From assembly GCA_050250895.1 (NCBI GenBank), contig JBFWNU010000001.1:1870884-1934883 (forward strand): a stretch of 64,000 nucleotides of DNA, written 5' to 3'. Position numbers and translations under genes: made by a program. Source of the stretch: Vulcanimicrobiota bacterium (GTDB lineage Bacteria > Vulcanimicrobiota > Xenobia > Xenobiales > JADMJV01). Under the pieces are notes generated by a model that worked only from the letters and a program-made list of their open reading frames with translations, had not been told where the DNA came from and ran no database searches. This document shows positions 19,666 to 27,834 of the stretch, piece by piece (position 1 is the stretch's first letter; the number at the start of each line of letters is the position of its first letter).

Positions 19666-19691
19666 CCTCTTCTGTATGGAAGTGTTACTGG

Positions 19692-20351
19692 ATGGAGACC
19701 TTCTGGCAGAAACCTCCCCGCTGGCTGGTGCTGCTGTTTGGGGGTGCCATGCTGGTCTTCGTGGCCTCGATGTGGACCTGGTGGGAGGGTCGGCGTTTTG
19801 CCTCGCGCCCGCTCGAGCGCGCCGAAGCCCAGATCGTGGCCCAGGCATTGCAGACGTGGCAGACGCTGGCTCCCGAGGTGGATGGATGGCGCGACCTTCG
19901 GACCCTGTTGGCCGCCCGCAAGGTGCGAGCCATGGACAAGGCAAGCTTCGGTCGAAAGGCAGAGCGTATCACCCTGGGTTACACCGACGAGTGGGGTCGG
20001 ATTCTGCTCAATCCCAATATCTGTTTTTCCGCCTATTCGACCCTTGGACCGCGAGTCTGCCAGGGAGTCCAAAAGAGCGACCTGGTCCGGACCATGACCA
20101 CCCTGCATCACGAATATCACCACCTGATCCGGCGCGCGGTCGAGTCCGAAGCCTATGCAGCCGAGTGGAACTTCGTTCGAATTTGCCTGGAGCGTTCGCG
20201 GGAGCGTGATGACCCCGCGCTGACGGCTGCCCTGGCCGAGTGGGAGGGCGAGATGCAAGAACGCATCCGGCTTTACGTGGGCAATACTCGCTTCGAGCGC
20301 CTCAAGGAGAACCTCAACCGCTCCGCCCCCAAAGCTGACCAGCCTTCTTGA
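19692..20351 (+). CDS. Membrane-anchored hypothetical protein with HExxH motif (possible zincin)
   Basis: N-terminal TM helix, TLHHEYHHL followed by ESEAY. Confidence 0.6.
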   Translation: METFWQKPPRWLVLLFGGAMLVFVASMWTWWEGRRFASRPLERAEAQIVAQALQTWQTLAPEVDGWRDLRTLLAARKVRAMDKASFGRKAERITLGYTDEWGRILLNPNICFSAYSTLGPRVCQGVQKSDLVRTMTTLHHEYHHLIRRAVESEAYAAEWNFVRICLERSRERDDPALTAALAEWEGEMQERIRLYVGNTRFERLKENLNRSAPKADQPS

Positions 20352-21207
20352 AGCCGAGCGAGCGCTGAGCGGTGCGATAGGAGCGGGGGTTGTCAGCCGA
20401 GATGTCGGCGTAGATCTCGCGGTAGCCGCGCTGCACTAACTCGTTCTCGGCCGCCCTCACCAGAAACTGGGCGGCGTAGCGTCCCCAATACTCGGGGCGC
20501 ACACTGATGTCTCGCAGGTAGGCTAGCCCCTCGCTCTCGAGGTTGACCAGGATATAGCCAATGGAGCGTCGAGTGCTTTTCTCGACGGCCACCAGGCCGA
20601 TCAGGTCGGCGGCCATGGGATCGAACTCCTCGAAGTACTGCTGGGTGGCCGACTGGAACTGATCGAGTTCTTCCTGGCGACCGGCGGGCAAAGTGTGCGT
20701 CAGGTTGGTGGCAGCTAGCACGCGCAACAAAGCCCGGTCGCCATCGCGCAGGGGTCGGGCTCGAAAGGAACTCAGGCGAGGGCCATCTAGCCGGTGGTGG
20801 CTCAGTTCTCGTGTCATGCGCAAAGTCTCGACCTCATAACCGCGGGAGGCCAGAATGGGGCTCCAGTGGCCGTCTTCGGCTGTGGTCAGGACCAACCTGT
20901 GCAGACCCTTAGGCAGCTCGGCCTCGGAGGCATCGAGCAACGCCGCCGCCACCTGCAGGGCGTTATGCTCGGGAGCCACCTGCAGGTCCCAAAGGCGGGC
21001 TATGGGACGCCGGGTGGTGCGCTCGTGGCCGGCCAAATCCCAGAGCGCGTAACCTGCGCCAGGCAGCACCCAGAACGGTAGCTCGGGGCGACTCCAGGGC
21101 TCGACCAGACGCACCGTCTCGAGCAGATTCGGTTTGGCCTGGCGACCAACTTGCAGTTCTTCGAGAAAGGGCAGGTCATCGCGCGAACCGCGACGGCAGG
21201 CCATCAT
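20314..21207 (-). CDS. GNAT-family acetyltransferase (tandem domains)
   Basis: ISVRPEYWGR...N..S...LGF C-terminal GNAT motif. Confidence 0.75.
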   Translation of the reverse strand: MMACRRGSRDDLPFLEELQVGRQAKPNLLETVRLVEPWSRPELPFWVLPGAGYALWDLAGHERTTRRPIARLWDLQVAPEHNALQVAAALLDASEAELPKGLHRLVLTTAEDGHWSPILASRGYEVETLRMTRELSHHRLDGPRLSSFRARPLRDGDRALLRVLAATNLTHTLPAGRQEELDQFQSATQQYFEEFDPMAADLIGLVAVEKSTRRSIGYILVNLESEGLAYLRDISVRPEYWGRYAAQFLVRAAENELVQRGYREIYADISADNPRSYRTAQRSLGFKKAGQLWGRSG

Positions 21208-21764
21208 TCGATTTCGGCCAGAGCCTCAGAGGCTGAGAGTTCGCTGTCGTCGACCTCGGCCAGGGCTATCTCGACCTGATTCAGGCCCCGCTCGGCGGGC
21301 GAGAAATCTCCGTCGCCCGAGTAGCCCATCATCATCTCGCAGCCAGCCTGAAAGGCCTCGAGGGCGGCTACGGCCCGGCGGTGGATGGCGATCAGAGCCT
21401 CGTCTTGTTCTTTGAGCGACTCTACGATGATGGGCGAGGTGAGTAGTTCGAGGTTGTTGGTGACCTCGTCATAGACCTCGCCGACCTGATCGAGATACTC
21501 CACCAGGCTCATGGTCTGCTTGTGCACGCCCTCGACGCAGCGGCGCAGCCGGCGCAAGTTGGCCGACCCTTCGGAGGAGTCGGGACGCAGCGTCTCGAGA
21601 CCCGCCTGGTGCAGAAAGGAAAGTGGAGCGGACTCTTCCTCGCGAGGAAGGTCCCCTCCACAACCCGAGCACTGGGTAGCGCTCATCGGCAGGTCCTGAG
21701 CACAGGCAGGACAACGTTTCAGAAAAGCTGCCTGGAATGCATTGACGAGTTCTGACTCTCGCAT
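21204..21764 (-). CDS. Hypothetical protein with N-terminal zinc ribbon
   Basis: CPAC-x9-CSGC followed by a helical domain; ATGA-coupled to the GNAT gene. Confidence 0.65.
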   Translation of the reverse strand: MRESELVNAFQAAFLKRCPACAQDLPMSATQCSGCGGDLPREEESAPLSFLHQAGLETLRPDSSEGSANLRRLRRCVEGVHKQTMSLVEYLDQVGEVYDEVTNNLELLTSPIIVESLKEQDEALIAIHRRAVAALEAFQAGCEMMMGYSGDGDFSPAERGLNQVEIALAEVDDSELSASEALAEIE

Positions 21765-21782
21765 CCCGGGCCTTTCCCGGTG

Positions 21783-22046
21783 CTAGGCCATCATCCCTCC
21801 GCCGGGGGCCCCGCCCGGGGCTCCACCTTTCGAGGACATCAGGGCCTGGACGATGGCCATCAAAATTTTCTTCTGCTGGTCGTTTTGCTGTGGGCCTTTA
21901 GCGGCGCCAGCCTGTTGGGCTTTCTTTCCTTTTCCACCCTTTTCGGCTTTCTTGGCCTTCTTCGACTCTTTCGCGTCTTTTACGGCTCCGGCGATACCTT
22001 GAACGCCTTCCATGATTCCAGCGACTTGTCCCATAATTTTGCACAC
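21783..22046 (-). CDS. Small Lys/Gly/Gln-rich protein
   Basis: 87-aa ORF with AAGGGAGA RBS, amphipathic N-terminus and low-complexity body. Confidence 0.6.
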   Translation of the reverse strand: MCKIMGQVAGIMEGVQGIAGAVKDAKESKKAKKAEKGGKGKKAQQAGAAKGPQQNDQQKKILMAIVQALMSSKGGAPGGAPGGGMMA

Positions 22047-22090
22047 TCTCCCTTCGCTATGCCTCTATGGTAAGGGCTGGCCAGAGGAAT

Positions 22091-22131
22091 CCATGTAACG
22101 CGGATGTTAACAGGGTTGCCGACATGTAAAC
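22091..22131. promoter_or_regulatory. Putative operator CCATGTWAC-N16-TTGCYGACATGTWAAC (copy 1)
   Basis: Gap-free match to 55501-55541; lies between divergent genes. Confidence 0.55.
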
Positions 22132-22173
22132 TTTCAGGCCGGATTTGGTAGATTTTTGTCGAATTTGGTGGGT

Positions 22174-22713
22174 ATGGGTCGTTCTCGCCTTCCTGAGTTG
22201 ATGCTTTTGCTCTGCGTCGTGGCCGTGGCCATGGGGTTCTTTCTCAAGCAAGACGAGGCGGGCCCGCCCGTACCCGCTGTCAGCCCACGGCTGAGCACAG
22301 CCCCCGTGGAGATAGGCCAGCCTGTGCCTGCTTTCACTCTCAAGCACCCCGACGGGTCCTCCTTTACCTTCGAACAGGGCCCGTTGCTGGTCGTGCTCAC
22401 GGCCACCCCCTGCGGCGAATGCCTGCAGCGGATCGACCAGGCCGACCTGAGACTCTATCAAGCCGCCCGCGAAGCCGGTCTGCCCAGCGCCAACCTGCTG
22501 GTCTATGCGGGCGAATCGGTCGGGCAGAGCTTTCTCGACGAGCACTCGCCGGCTGCGGACATGGTTTTGTGCGATCCCAGCGCCGACATCTCGGTGCAGA
22601 TGCTGGGCGGCAGCGACGCTACCTGCTGGTTGCTCATCGACCGCCAGGGCAAACTGGCCTGGCGCGGTCCGGCCGACGGCAACCGGATCGGCGAGCTACT
22701 GGCCGCGCTTTAG
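22174..22713 (+). CDS. Membrane-anchored thioredoxin-like (TlpA/ResA-like) protein
   Basis: TM anchor, GQPVPAFTL, CGEC, LIDRQGK. Confidence 0.75.
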   Translation: MGRSRLPELMLLLCVVAVAMGFFLKQDEAGPPVPAVSPRLSTAPVEIGQPVPAFTLKHPDGSSFTFEQGPLLVVLTATPCGECLQRIDQADLRLYQAAREAGLPSANLLVYAGESVGQSFLDEHSPAADMVLCDPSADISVQMLGGSDATCWLLIDRQGKLAWRGPADGNRIGELLAAL

Positions 22714-22907
22714 CCTGAGAACAGCCACCTCGGGCGGACAGTGGTAGCCCCCCGTGGGTGGCTTCCCAGCACGGCCCCCACCCCCCGCCGGGCCCGCCGG
22801 CCGCTCGAAAGCGGGGCCACGCTGGCTGAGATGGCCGATGGTCAATCCATCTACGAAGGCCTTCCTGGCTGCAGGCGGGGCCACCTTCGGCCAAGAACGC
22901 CGCTGGC

Positions 22908-23291
22908 ATGAGCGACTTGCGCCAACCGGCTATTCGGGTCACCATGATGCCCCGCGACACCAACCACCACGGCACTATCTTCGGAGGCGTGCTCTTGAGC
23001 TATATCGACCAGGCCGGGGCGGTAGCCGCCTCTTTGCACACCAGGCGCAAGCTGGTCACGGTGGCCATGCGCGAGGTGGTCTTTCACGAGCCGGTCAAAG
23101 TCGGTGATCTGGTCAGCTTTTATGGAGAGATCGCCCGCATCGGTAACACTTCGGTTACGGTCAAAGTAACGGTGGTGGCCGAGCGCTTGCTTGAGCCGGG
23201 CCAGGTCTCGATCGAAGTCACCGAGGCTGAAGTGGTGTATGTGGCCGTCGATGACGAGGGCCATCCGATCCCCTTCTCCCAGGGCCCCTAA
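22908..23291 (+). CDS. Acyl-CoA thioesterase (YciA-like hotdog fold)
   Basis: MPRDTNHHGTIFGG..ID, PVKVGD, GNTS, YVAVD. Confidence 0.92.
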   Translation: MSDLRQPAIRVTMMPRDTNHHGTIFGGVLLSYIDQAGAVAASLHTRRKLVTVAMREVVFHEPVKVGDLVSFYGEIARIGNTSVTVKVTVVAERLLEPGQVSIEVTEAEVVYVAVDDEGHPIPFSQGP

Positions 23292-23689
23292 GCGAGTTCT
23301 TCGCGACTGAAGTTGAAGAGGTATTGGTTGCGATCGATGTTGCGCTTGAGGCTGGCTCGCTCGCGAACCCTGCCATCAGCGTCGTGGCGCAGGTAGAGAT
23401 AGCTCTCGCTCGAGCCTTCTCGCTCGTAGTGCCATTGGCGGGTGATGGTGCGACCGAAGCGGCTGCTCGTCTCGCTGAGGTTGAGGTGGCCCACGCGGTC
23501 GAAGAAGCGGTCCGAAGCTCGATTGGCCTCAAAGCATAGGCGCGCGCTGGCAAGAGAATCCCGAAAGGCGTTGAGACGCTGGTTCTTGATGACCATCACG
23601 CCAGGGGTTTGCTCGGCCGCCTGGGGCGACACGCGGACGGTCTGGGCCAGAGTCTCGAACTCTTCCATCAAACGGGATGCGGTTTTCAT
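23288..23689 (-). CDS. Hypothetical protein (133 aa), paralog of 31747-32139
   Basis: AGGAG RBS; alignable over its full length with the paralog (TASRLxEEFE, PGVMV, RFxDRV, LNLxETS, WxYER). Confidence 0.75.
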   Translation of the reverse strand: MKTASRLMEEFETLAQTVRVSPQAAEQTPGVMVIKNQRLNAFRDSLASARLCFEANRASDRFFDRVGHLNLSETSSRFGRTITRQWHYEREGSSESYLYLRHDADGRVRERASLKRNIDRNQYLFNFSREELA

Positions 23690-23756
23690 TGCTACACTGC
23701 TCCTACTCTTACAGTCTAGAGAAGCCAACTTGGATTGGAGTTGTATTGTCGGCCAG

Positions 23757-23780
23757 AAAGTTAACAGTGTGTTAACTTTC
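23757..23780. promoter_or_regulatory. Palindromic operator GAAAGTTAACA-GT-GTGTTAACTTTC
   Basis: Inverted repeat with GAAAGTTAACA/TGTTAACTTTC arms in a divergent intergenic region. Confidence 0.6.
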
Positions 23781-23813
23781 GGCCAGGTCGGACGGCGACG
23801 CAAAAAAAGCCGC

Positions 23814-23842
23814 TTGACAGATGGTTCTTGAGCAGGTAATAT
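23814..23842 (+). promoter_or_regulatory. Sigma70-type promoter upstream of the tRNA-like element
   Basis: TTGACA-N17-TAATAT. Confidence 0.75.
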
Positions 23843-23877
23843 TGGTCTGGTGGCCACGCGCCCCGACCGAGAAAGCT

Positions 23878-23950
23878 TACATTCTAGCTCATTGGTAGAG
23901 CAGTTGTTCCTGAAACAACCTGAGCGGGTTCGATTCCCGCGAAAACCCCA
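23878..23950 (+). ncRNA. tRNA-like element (pseudo-tRNA or tRNA mimic, anticodon position CUG)
   Basis: TAGCTC-ATTGGTA-GAGC D arm, GTTGT-TCCTGAA-ACAAC anticodon arm, GCGGG-TTCGATT-CCCGC T arm; acceptor stem only 3 bp. Confidence 0.65.
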
Positions 23951-24041
23951 AAACGCTTTTTCAACTTGCGCGAGCCCCTTCCCCGCGGCTATGCGCGGCA
24001 GGTTAGAAGGTTAGCGTTCAGGCCGAAGAGAAGATTTCAAA

Positions 24042-24371
24042 GTGCGAAAAATCCTGATTTTATGCCTGTTGTTGTTGTTTGTGCTGCCGGCCGGCGCCGA
24101 GGGTCTGGTGACCATCCGAGAAAGTCGAGGCGACCTGGTCAAGGTGCTCAAGCGCATCGCCTCGGCTACCGGTAAGAACATTTATGTGGGGCCCGAGGTC
24201 TCGGGCCAGGTGACGGTCGACCTGCGCCAGGTGCCGGCCATGGGGGCTCTGGACACGGTCTTGCGGCTGCAGCCCAAGCCGTATGCCTATAAGGTGGTGG
24301 GCTCGACCATCGTGGTGGCCTCGCCCGAGCGCCTCGACAAGATCCCTGACAGTCTCTTCAGCGAGTTTTAA
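24042..24371 (+). CDS. Secreted stand-alone secretin/TonB N-terminal (STN-like) domain protein
   Basis: Signal peptide ending AGA; GKNIYVGPEVSGQVTVDLRQVPAMGALDTVL. Confidence 0.7.
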   Translation: MRKILILCLLLLFVLPAGAEGLVTIRESRGDLVKVLKRIASATGKNIYVGPEVSGQVTVDLRQVPAMGALDTVLRLQPKPYAYKVVGSTIVVASPERLDKIPDSLFSEF

Positions 24372-24394
24372 GCGGGCCGGCCTAAGCTGGGCGT

Positions 24395-24781
24395 ATGGTT
24401 ATTCACAACGCCCACCGCGCCAGCGGAGTTTTCCGCTACGATCCCGCCCAGTTGCCCCAACCCGACGAACTCGAGCAAAAGGCCCTGGCTTGCGAAGAGC
24501 AAGCCAACTTGAGTCTACAGGCCTCGCAGCTGGCCCGGGATGGAGCCACCGGCTCCACCGTGGTGGGTGGCTTGGGAGCGCTGGCCTCGGTGGCCGGTTC
24601 TTTGCTCGACTCCAACGGTCTGTTGCTGGGCGGAGCCGTGGTGGCCCTGGGCGGAGTGGCGGTGGCGGTTTATCAGGGCAACCGCTCGTTAGAGCTCGGG
24701 CAGCAGGCCTGCGACCACACCCTCAAGGCTGCCCACTATCGCCTCGCCGCTCGCCTCTCGCAAGAGTTGGCCAAGCCCTAA
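24395..24781 (+). CDS. Small hypothetical protein with two Gly-rich hydrophobic helices
   Basis: 128-aa ORF. Confidence 0.55.
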   Translation: MVIHNAHRASGVFRYDPAQLPQPDELEQKALACEEQANLSLQASQLARDGATGSTVVGGLGALASVAGSLLDSNGLLLGGAVVALGGVAVAVYQGNRSLELGQQACDHTLKAAHYRLAARLSQELAKP

Positions 24782-24817
24782 AAGATTCGGCAGCCTGACC
24801 TCGAAAGGGCCCACAAC

Positions 24818-26695
24818 TTGGCTGCCCAACCTCTCCGATATCGGGATTCGCTCAGTCTGTGGCTGGCTCTAGGCTTTAACTTCATGATGCTCGATGCGGC
24901 CTTCCGCCTCGACGGGCTACTCAGTTCGTTGTCGCCCGGGCAGATCGCCGTGGGCGGCTCGTTCGTCTTCTTACTGGTGCTAGCTGGTTGCGCCCTGGCC
25001 GCTCTGCCGTGCTGGTGGCTCGAGAAGAAGCTGGAGCACCAGCGTCCCTGGCGTCTCACCATGACCGTGGTGGGCCTGTTGATCGCCTATCTCAATACCC
25101 TCTATCTTAAGTTCTATTTGCGGGTGACGGCGCTACCCGACACTCGTCAATTGCTGGTCGTGGTGAGCCTGGTGCTGGTCCTGGCGTTGGTGATCGTGGT
25201 GCTGGTGAGTTTGAAGGTCTCCCTCGAGCAGTTTCGTGACCAACTCGATTTTCTCTATTGGGCCAGCCTGGGGTTGAGTGTCCTGGCGGTGGTCTGCCTT
25301 GGGTGGGCTTTGGTCGCCCACCATTCCTATGAGTCTGGTTTCGCCCCCAAAGACCGCCCCCACGTGGTGTTGCTGAGCTTTGACTCGCTGACGGCGACTC
25401 ACATGTCCCTCTACGGCTACCAGCGCGAGACGACTCCCTTTCTGGAGCGGCTCGCTCAGGAGTCGACCGTTTTCGAGCGGGCCATCTCGAACGCCGACCA
25501 CACCCCCGAGGGTCTCACCGCCCTCATCGGCGCTTACCCTATGGGGGATGCCCTGCTCGAGCCCGAGCACACCGTCTTGCCTTTGCTCGAGCAGGCCGGC
25601 TATCAGCAGCGCGTGCTCTACTCTTTCATGTGGGGCGGTCCCAACTTTCGACGGGGCTTTACCCGCCTGGACAAAGTGGAGCGCTCGGAAACCACCGGGC
25701 TGGTCCGCTTCTTGAAGACCGCTGTAGGGCGCCAGAACGTGATGTGGCTGACCACGCTGCTGAGTCTCGATTCGCGTTCTTACAATCTCTGGCACCCTCA
25801 GGACCCCCGGGATCGATTTTATCCAGCCATCGACCCCTACCCGCTGCCCGAAACCATGGACGCTACCCTGGAGACCCTCAAACGAGCGCCGGGGCCGGCC
25901 CTGGTTTGGGCCCATCTGTGGCAGCCTCACGCCAACTACTGTCCCTATCCGGGCTTTGTCTCCCCCTTCGGCGACCAGCCGGCCGACAAGTTCGACGGAG
26001 TGGTGGCCTTTGTCGACAGCGAAGTCGAGCGATTCGTCACGGGCCTGAAAGAAGCGGGCCTGTGGGAGAAGACCCTGCTGATCATCACCGCCGACCACGG
26101 TGAATCGTTCGGTGAAGAGAACCCCGAATGCGTGGGACACTTTCACGGACCCGACTGGTTCAACCCGGCCGTCACTCATATCCCGTTGATCTTTCACGCC
26201 CCCGGCCAGACCGCCGGCAGCCGACCCCAGACCTTTGCCGATCAGATGGACATTGCCCCCACTCTGCTGGAAATGCTGGGAATCGCGATTCCCGAATGGA
26301 TGCCCGGCGAGTCGCTGGTGCCCTACTTTGACGACCCGACCCGCATGAGCAGTCGGTTACGTCTGTCTATCCCCTCGTCCTGGCACTTGCGCAAGACCGA
26401 CCCGCTAGTGCCTTTGCCGGCCCTGTGGGCCTTCGGTGATCGCGAGATGTTTCTGGCCCATTGGAGCCGCTATCGGGTGGGCTGGATGCAGAGCTATCAG
26501 CCGCGTCCCGACAAGCCTTCGCGCATCGATATTTTCAAGGACTTCGGCTTCACCGCCATCTACGACCTGGTGGGTGACCCTGAACTGAGTCGCAATCTGC
26601 TGGCCAAACCGTCTGGACAACTCGACAACCAGCAACTGCTGGATCAGGTCTATCAGGATCCGGTGGTGACCCGCTTGCGAGCAGCAAAGCCTTGA
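24818..26695 (+). CDS. Membrane-bound sulfatase/alkaline-phosphatase-superfamily protein (LtaS-like)
   Basis: About 5 N-terminal TMs; PHVVLLSFDSL, ETTPFL, HT nucleophile region, PH, ITADHGE, DIAPTLL. Confidence 0.85.
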   Translation: MAAQPLRYRDSLSLWLALGFNFMMLDAAFRLDGLLSSLSPGQIAVGGSFVFLLVLAGCALAALPCWWLEKKLEHQRPWRLTMTVVGLLIAYLNTLYLKFYLRVTALPDTRQLLVVVSLVLVLALVIVVLVSLKVSLEQFRDQLDFLYWASLGLSVLAVVCLGWALVAHHSYESGFAPKDRPHVVLLSFDSLTATHMSLYGYQRETTPFLERLAQESTVFERAISNADHTPEGLTALIGAYPMGDALLEPEHTVLPLLEQAGYQQRVLYSFMWGGPNFRRGFTRLDKVERSETTGLVRFLKTAVGRQNVMWLTTLLSLDSRSYNLWHPQDPRDRFYPAIDPYPLPETMDATLETLKRAPGPALVWAHLWQPHANYCPYPGFVSPFGDQPADKFDGVVAFVDSEVERFVTGLKEAGLWEKTLLIITADHGESFGEENPECVGHFHGPDWFNPAVTHIPLIFHAPGQTAGSRPQTFADQMDIAPTLLEMLGIAIPEWMPGESLVPYFDDPTRMSSRLRLSIPSSWHLRKTDPLVPLPALWAFGDREMFLAHWSRYRVGWMQSYQPRPDKPSRIDIFKDFGFTAIYDLVGDPELSRNLLAKPSGQLDNQQLLDQVYQDPVVTRLRAAKP

Positions 26696-27834
26696 TATCT
26701 GGCCTCAAGAATCTGGCCATCGAGCTGCTGACGCGCGTCCGTATCGACAGCAATCCGGCCGAAGAACGAGCCTTCATGGTCTACAGCGAAGACCGTGCGT
26801 CTTATCTGCAGTTTGGCCCCTATCTCGAGGCGCTCGAGGGGTGCAGGGTACTGTATCTCACCTCGGCCCCTGACGACCCGTTGCTCAAGAGCAGCCCTGA
26901 CCATCTTACGGTGGGGTATCTACGCTGGCTGGCTCCCAATTTTCTGGCCGGAACCGACGCCCGCCTGCTGATGGTGACGATGCCCGAACTCGGCTGCCCC
27001 GGCGCCCCCCGCCCCCAGAAGACCCGCTGCGTTTATATCTTTCACTCGCTGATCAGTGTGCACATGGGCTATCCCGAGGGGGCCTTCGATCACTATGACG
27101 ACTTCTTTTGCACCGGTCCCCACCATCAGCAAGAGCTAGAGAAGCGCTTCGCCGATCTTGGCCGACCACCACCCCGGCTCCACCAGGTCGGCTATGCCAA
27201 GCTCGACGCCATCCACGCTGAGCATCAGACCTATGCGCCGCGCCATCCCGAGCTGGAAACCGTGCTGGTGGCGCCCTCCTGGGCCACCGAGAACATTCTC
27301 TCGCTCTATGGCACCGAGCTGGTGCGTCAGTTGCTGGGGGCCGGTTACCGGGTGGTGGTGAGACCTCATCCCTGCTTTTTTCAGAGCCTCTACCCCGAAG
27401 GCCAGAAGGTGGTGGCCGACCTCGAGCGAGCGTTTGGCGGAGACTCGCGCTTCGTGCTCGAGAAGACCATCCACGGCAACGACTCGTTTCATGAGGCGGC
27501 GCTGATGATCGGCGACTGGTCGGGGGCCGCCTTCGAGTACGCTTTTGCCACGGCCCGACCCGTGCTGTTCGTGGATACCCCGCCCAAGGTGCGAAACCCT
27601 AACTGGAAGGCCTGCGGACTGCCGGTCTTCGAGGACGTTACTCGCTATGAGGTGGGGCGGGTGGTGGGGGGGTTGGATGGTCTGTTGGCCACCGTCAAAG
27701 AACTGCTGGGCGAAGGCGACGAGGGCCGCTCGCGGCGCCGGGCCCTGCGCCAGGAAAAGGTCTATCACTTCGGAAGTAGCGCCGAAGTCGGGGCCCGGCT
27801 CTTGGAACAGCTGTTGGCAGAAGGAAAGTCGTGA
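26692..27834 (+). CDS. CDP-glycerol glycerophosphotransferase (TagF-like) family protein
   Basis: FHS, GYAKLD, VLVAPSW, RPHP, IGDWSG..FEY..RPVLF motifs. Confidence 0.8.
   Translation: MISGLKNLAIELLTRVRIDSNPAEERAFMVYSEDRASYLQFGPYLEALEGCRVLYLTSAPDDPLLKSSPDHLTVGYLRWLAPNFLAGTDARLLMVTMPELGCPGAPRPQKTRCVYIFHSLISVHMGYPEGAFDHYDDFFCTGPHHQQELEKRFADLGRPPPRLHQVGYAKLDAIHAEHQTYAPRHPELETVLVAPSWATENILSLYGTELVRQLLGAGYRVVVRPHPCFFQSLYPEGQKVVADLERAFGGDSRFVLEKTIHGNDSFHEAALMIGDWSGAAFEYAFATARPVLFVDTPPKVRNPNWKACGLPVFEDVTRYEVGRVVGGLDGLLATVKELLGEGDEGRSRRRALRQEKVYHFGSSAEVGARLLEQLLAEGKS

Noticed and set aside
23878-23950. Functional tRNA-Gln(CUG) or YrlA Y RNA
   Set aside because: The acceptor stem is unpaired, position 33 is C and CCA spacing is off; the arm order is not the permuted YrlA order and no Ro60 gene is in the window.
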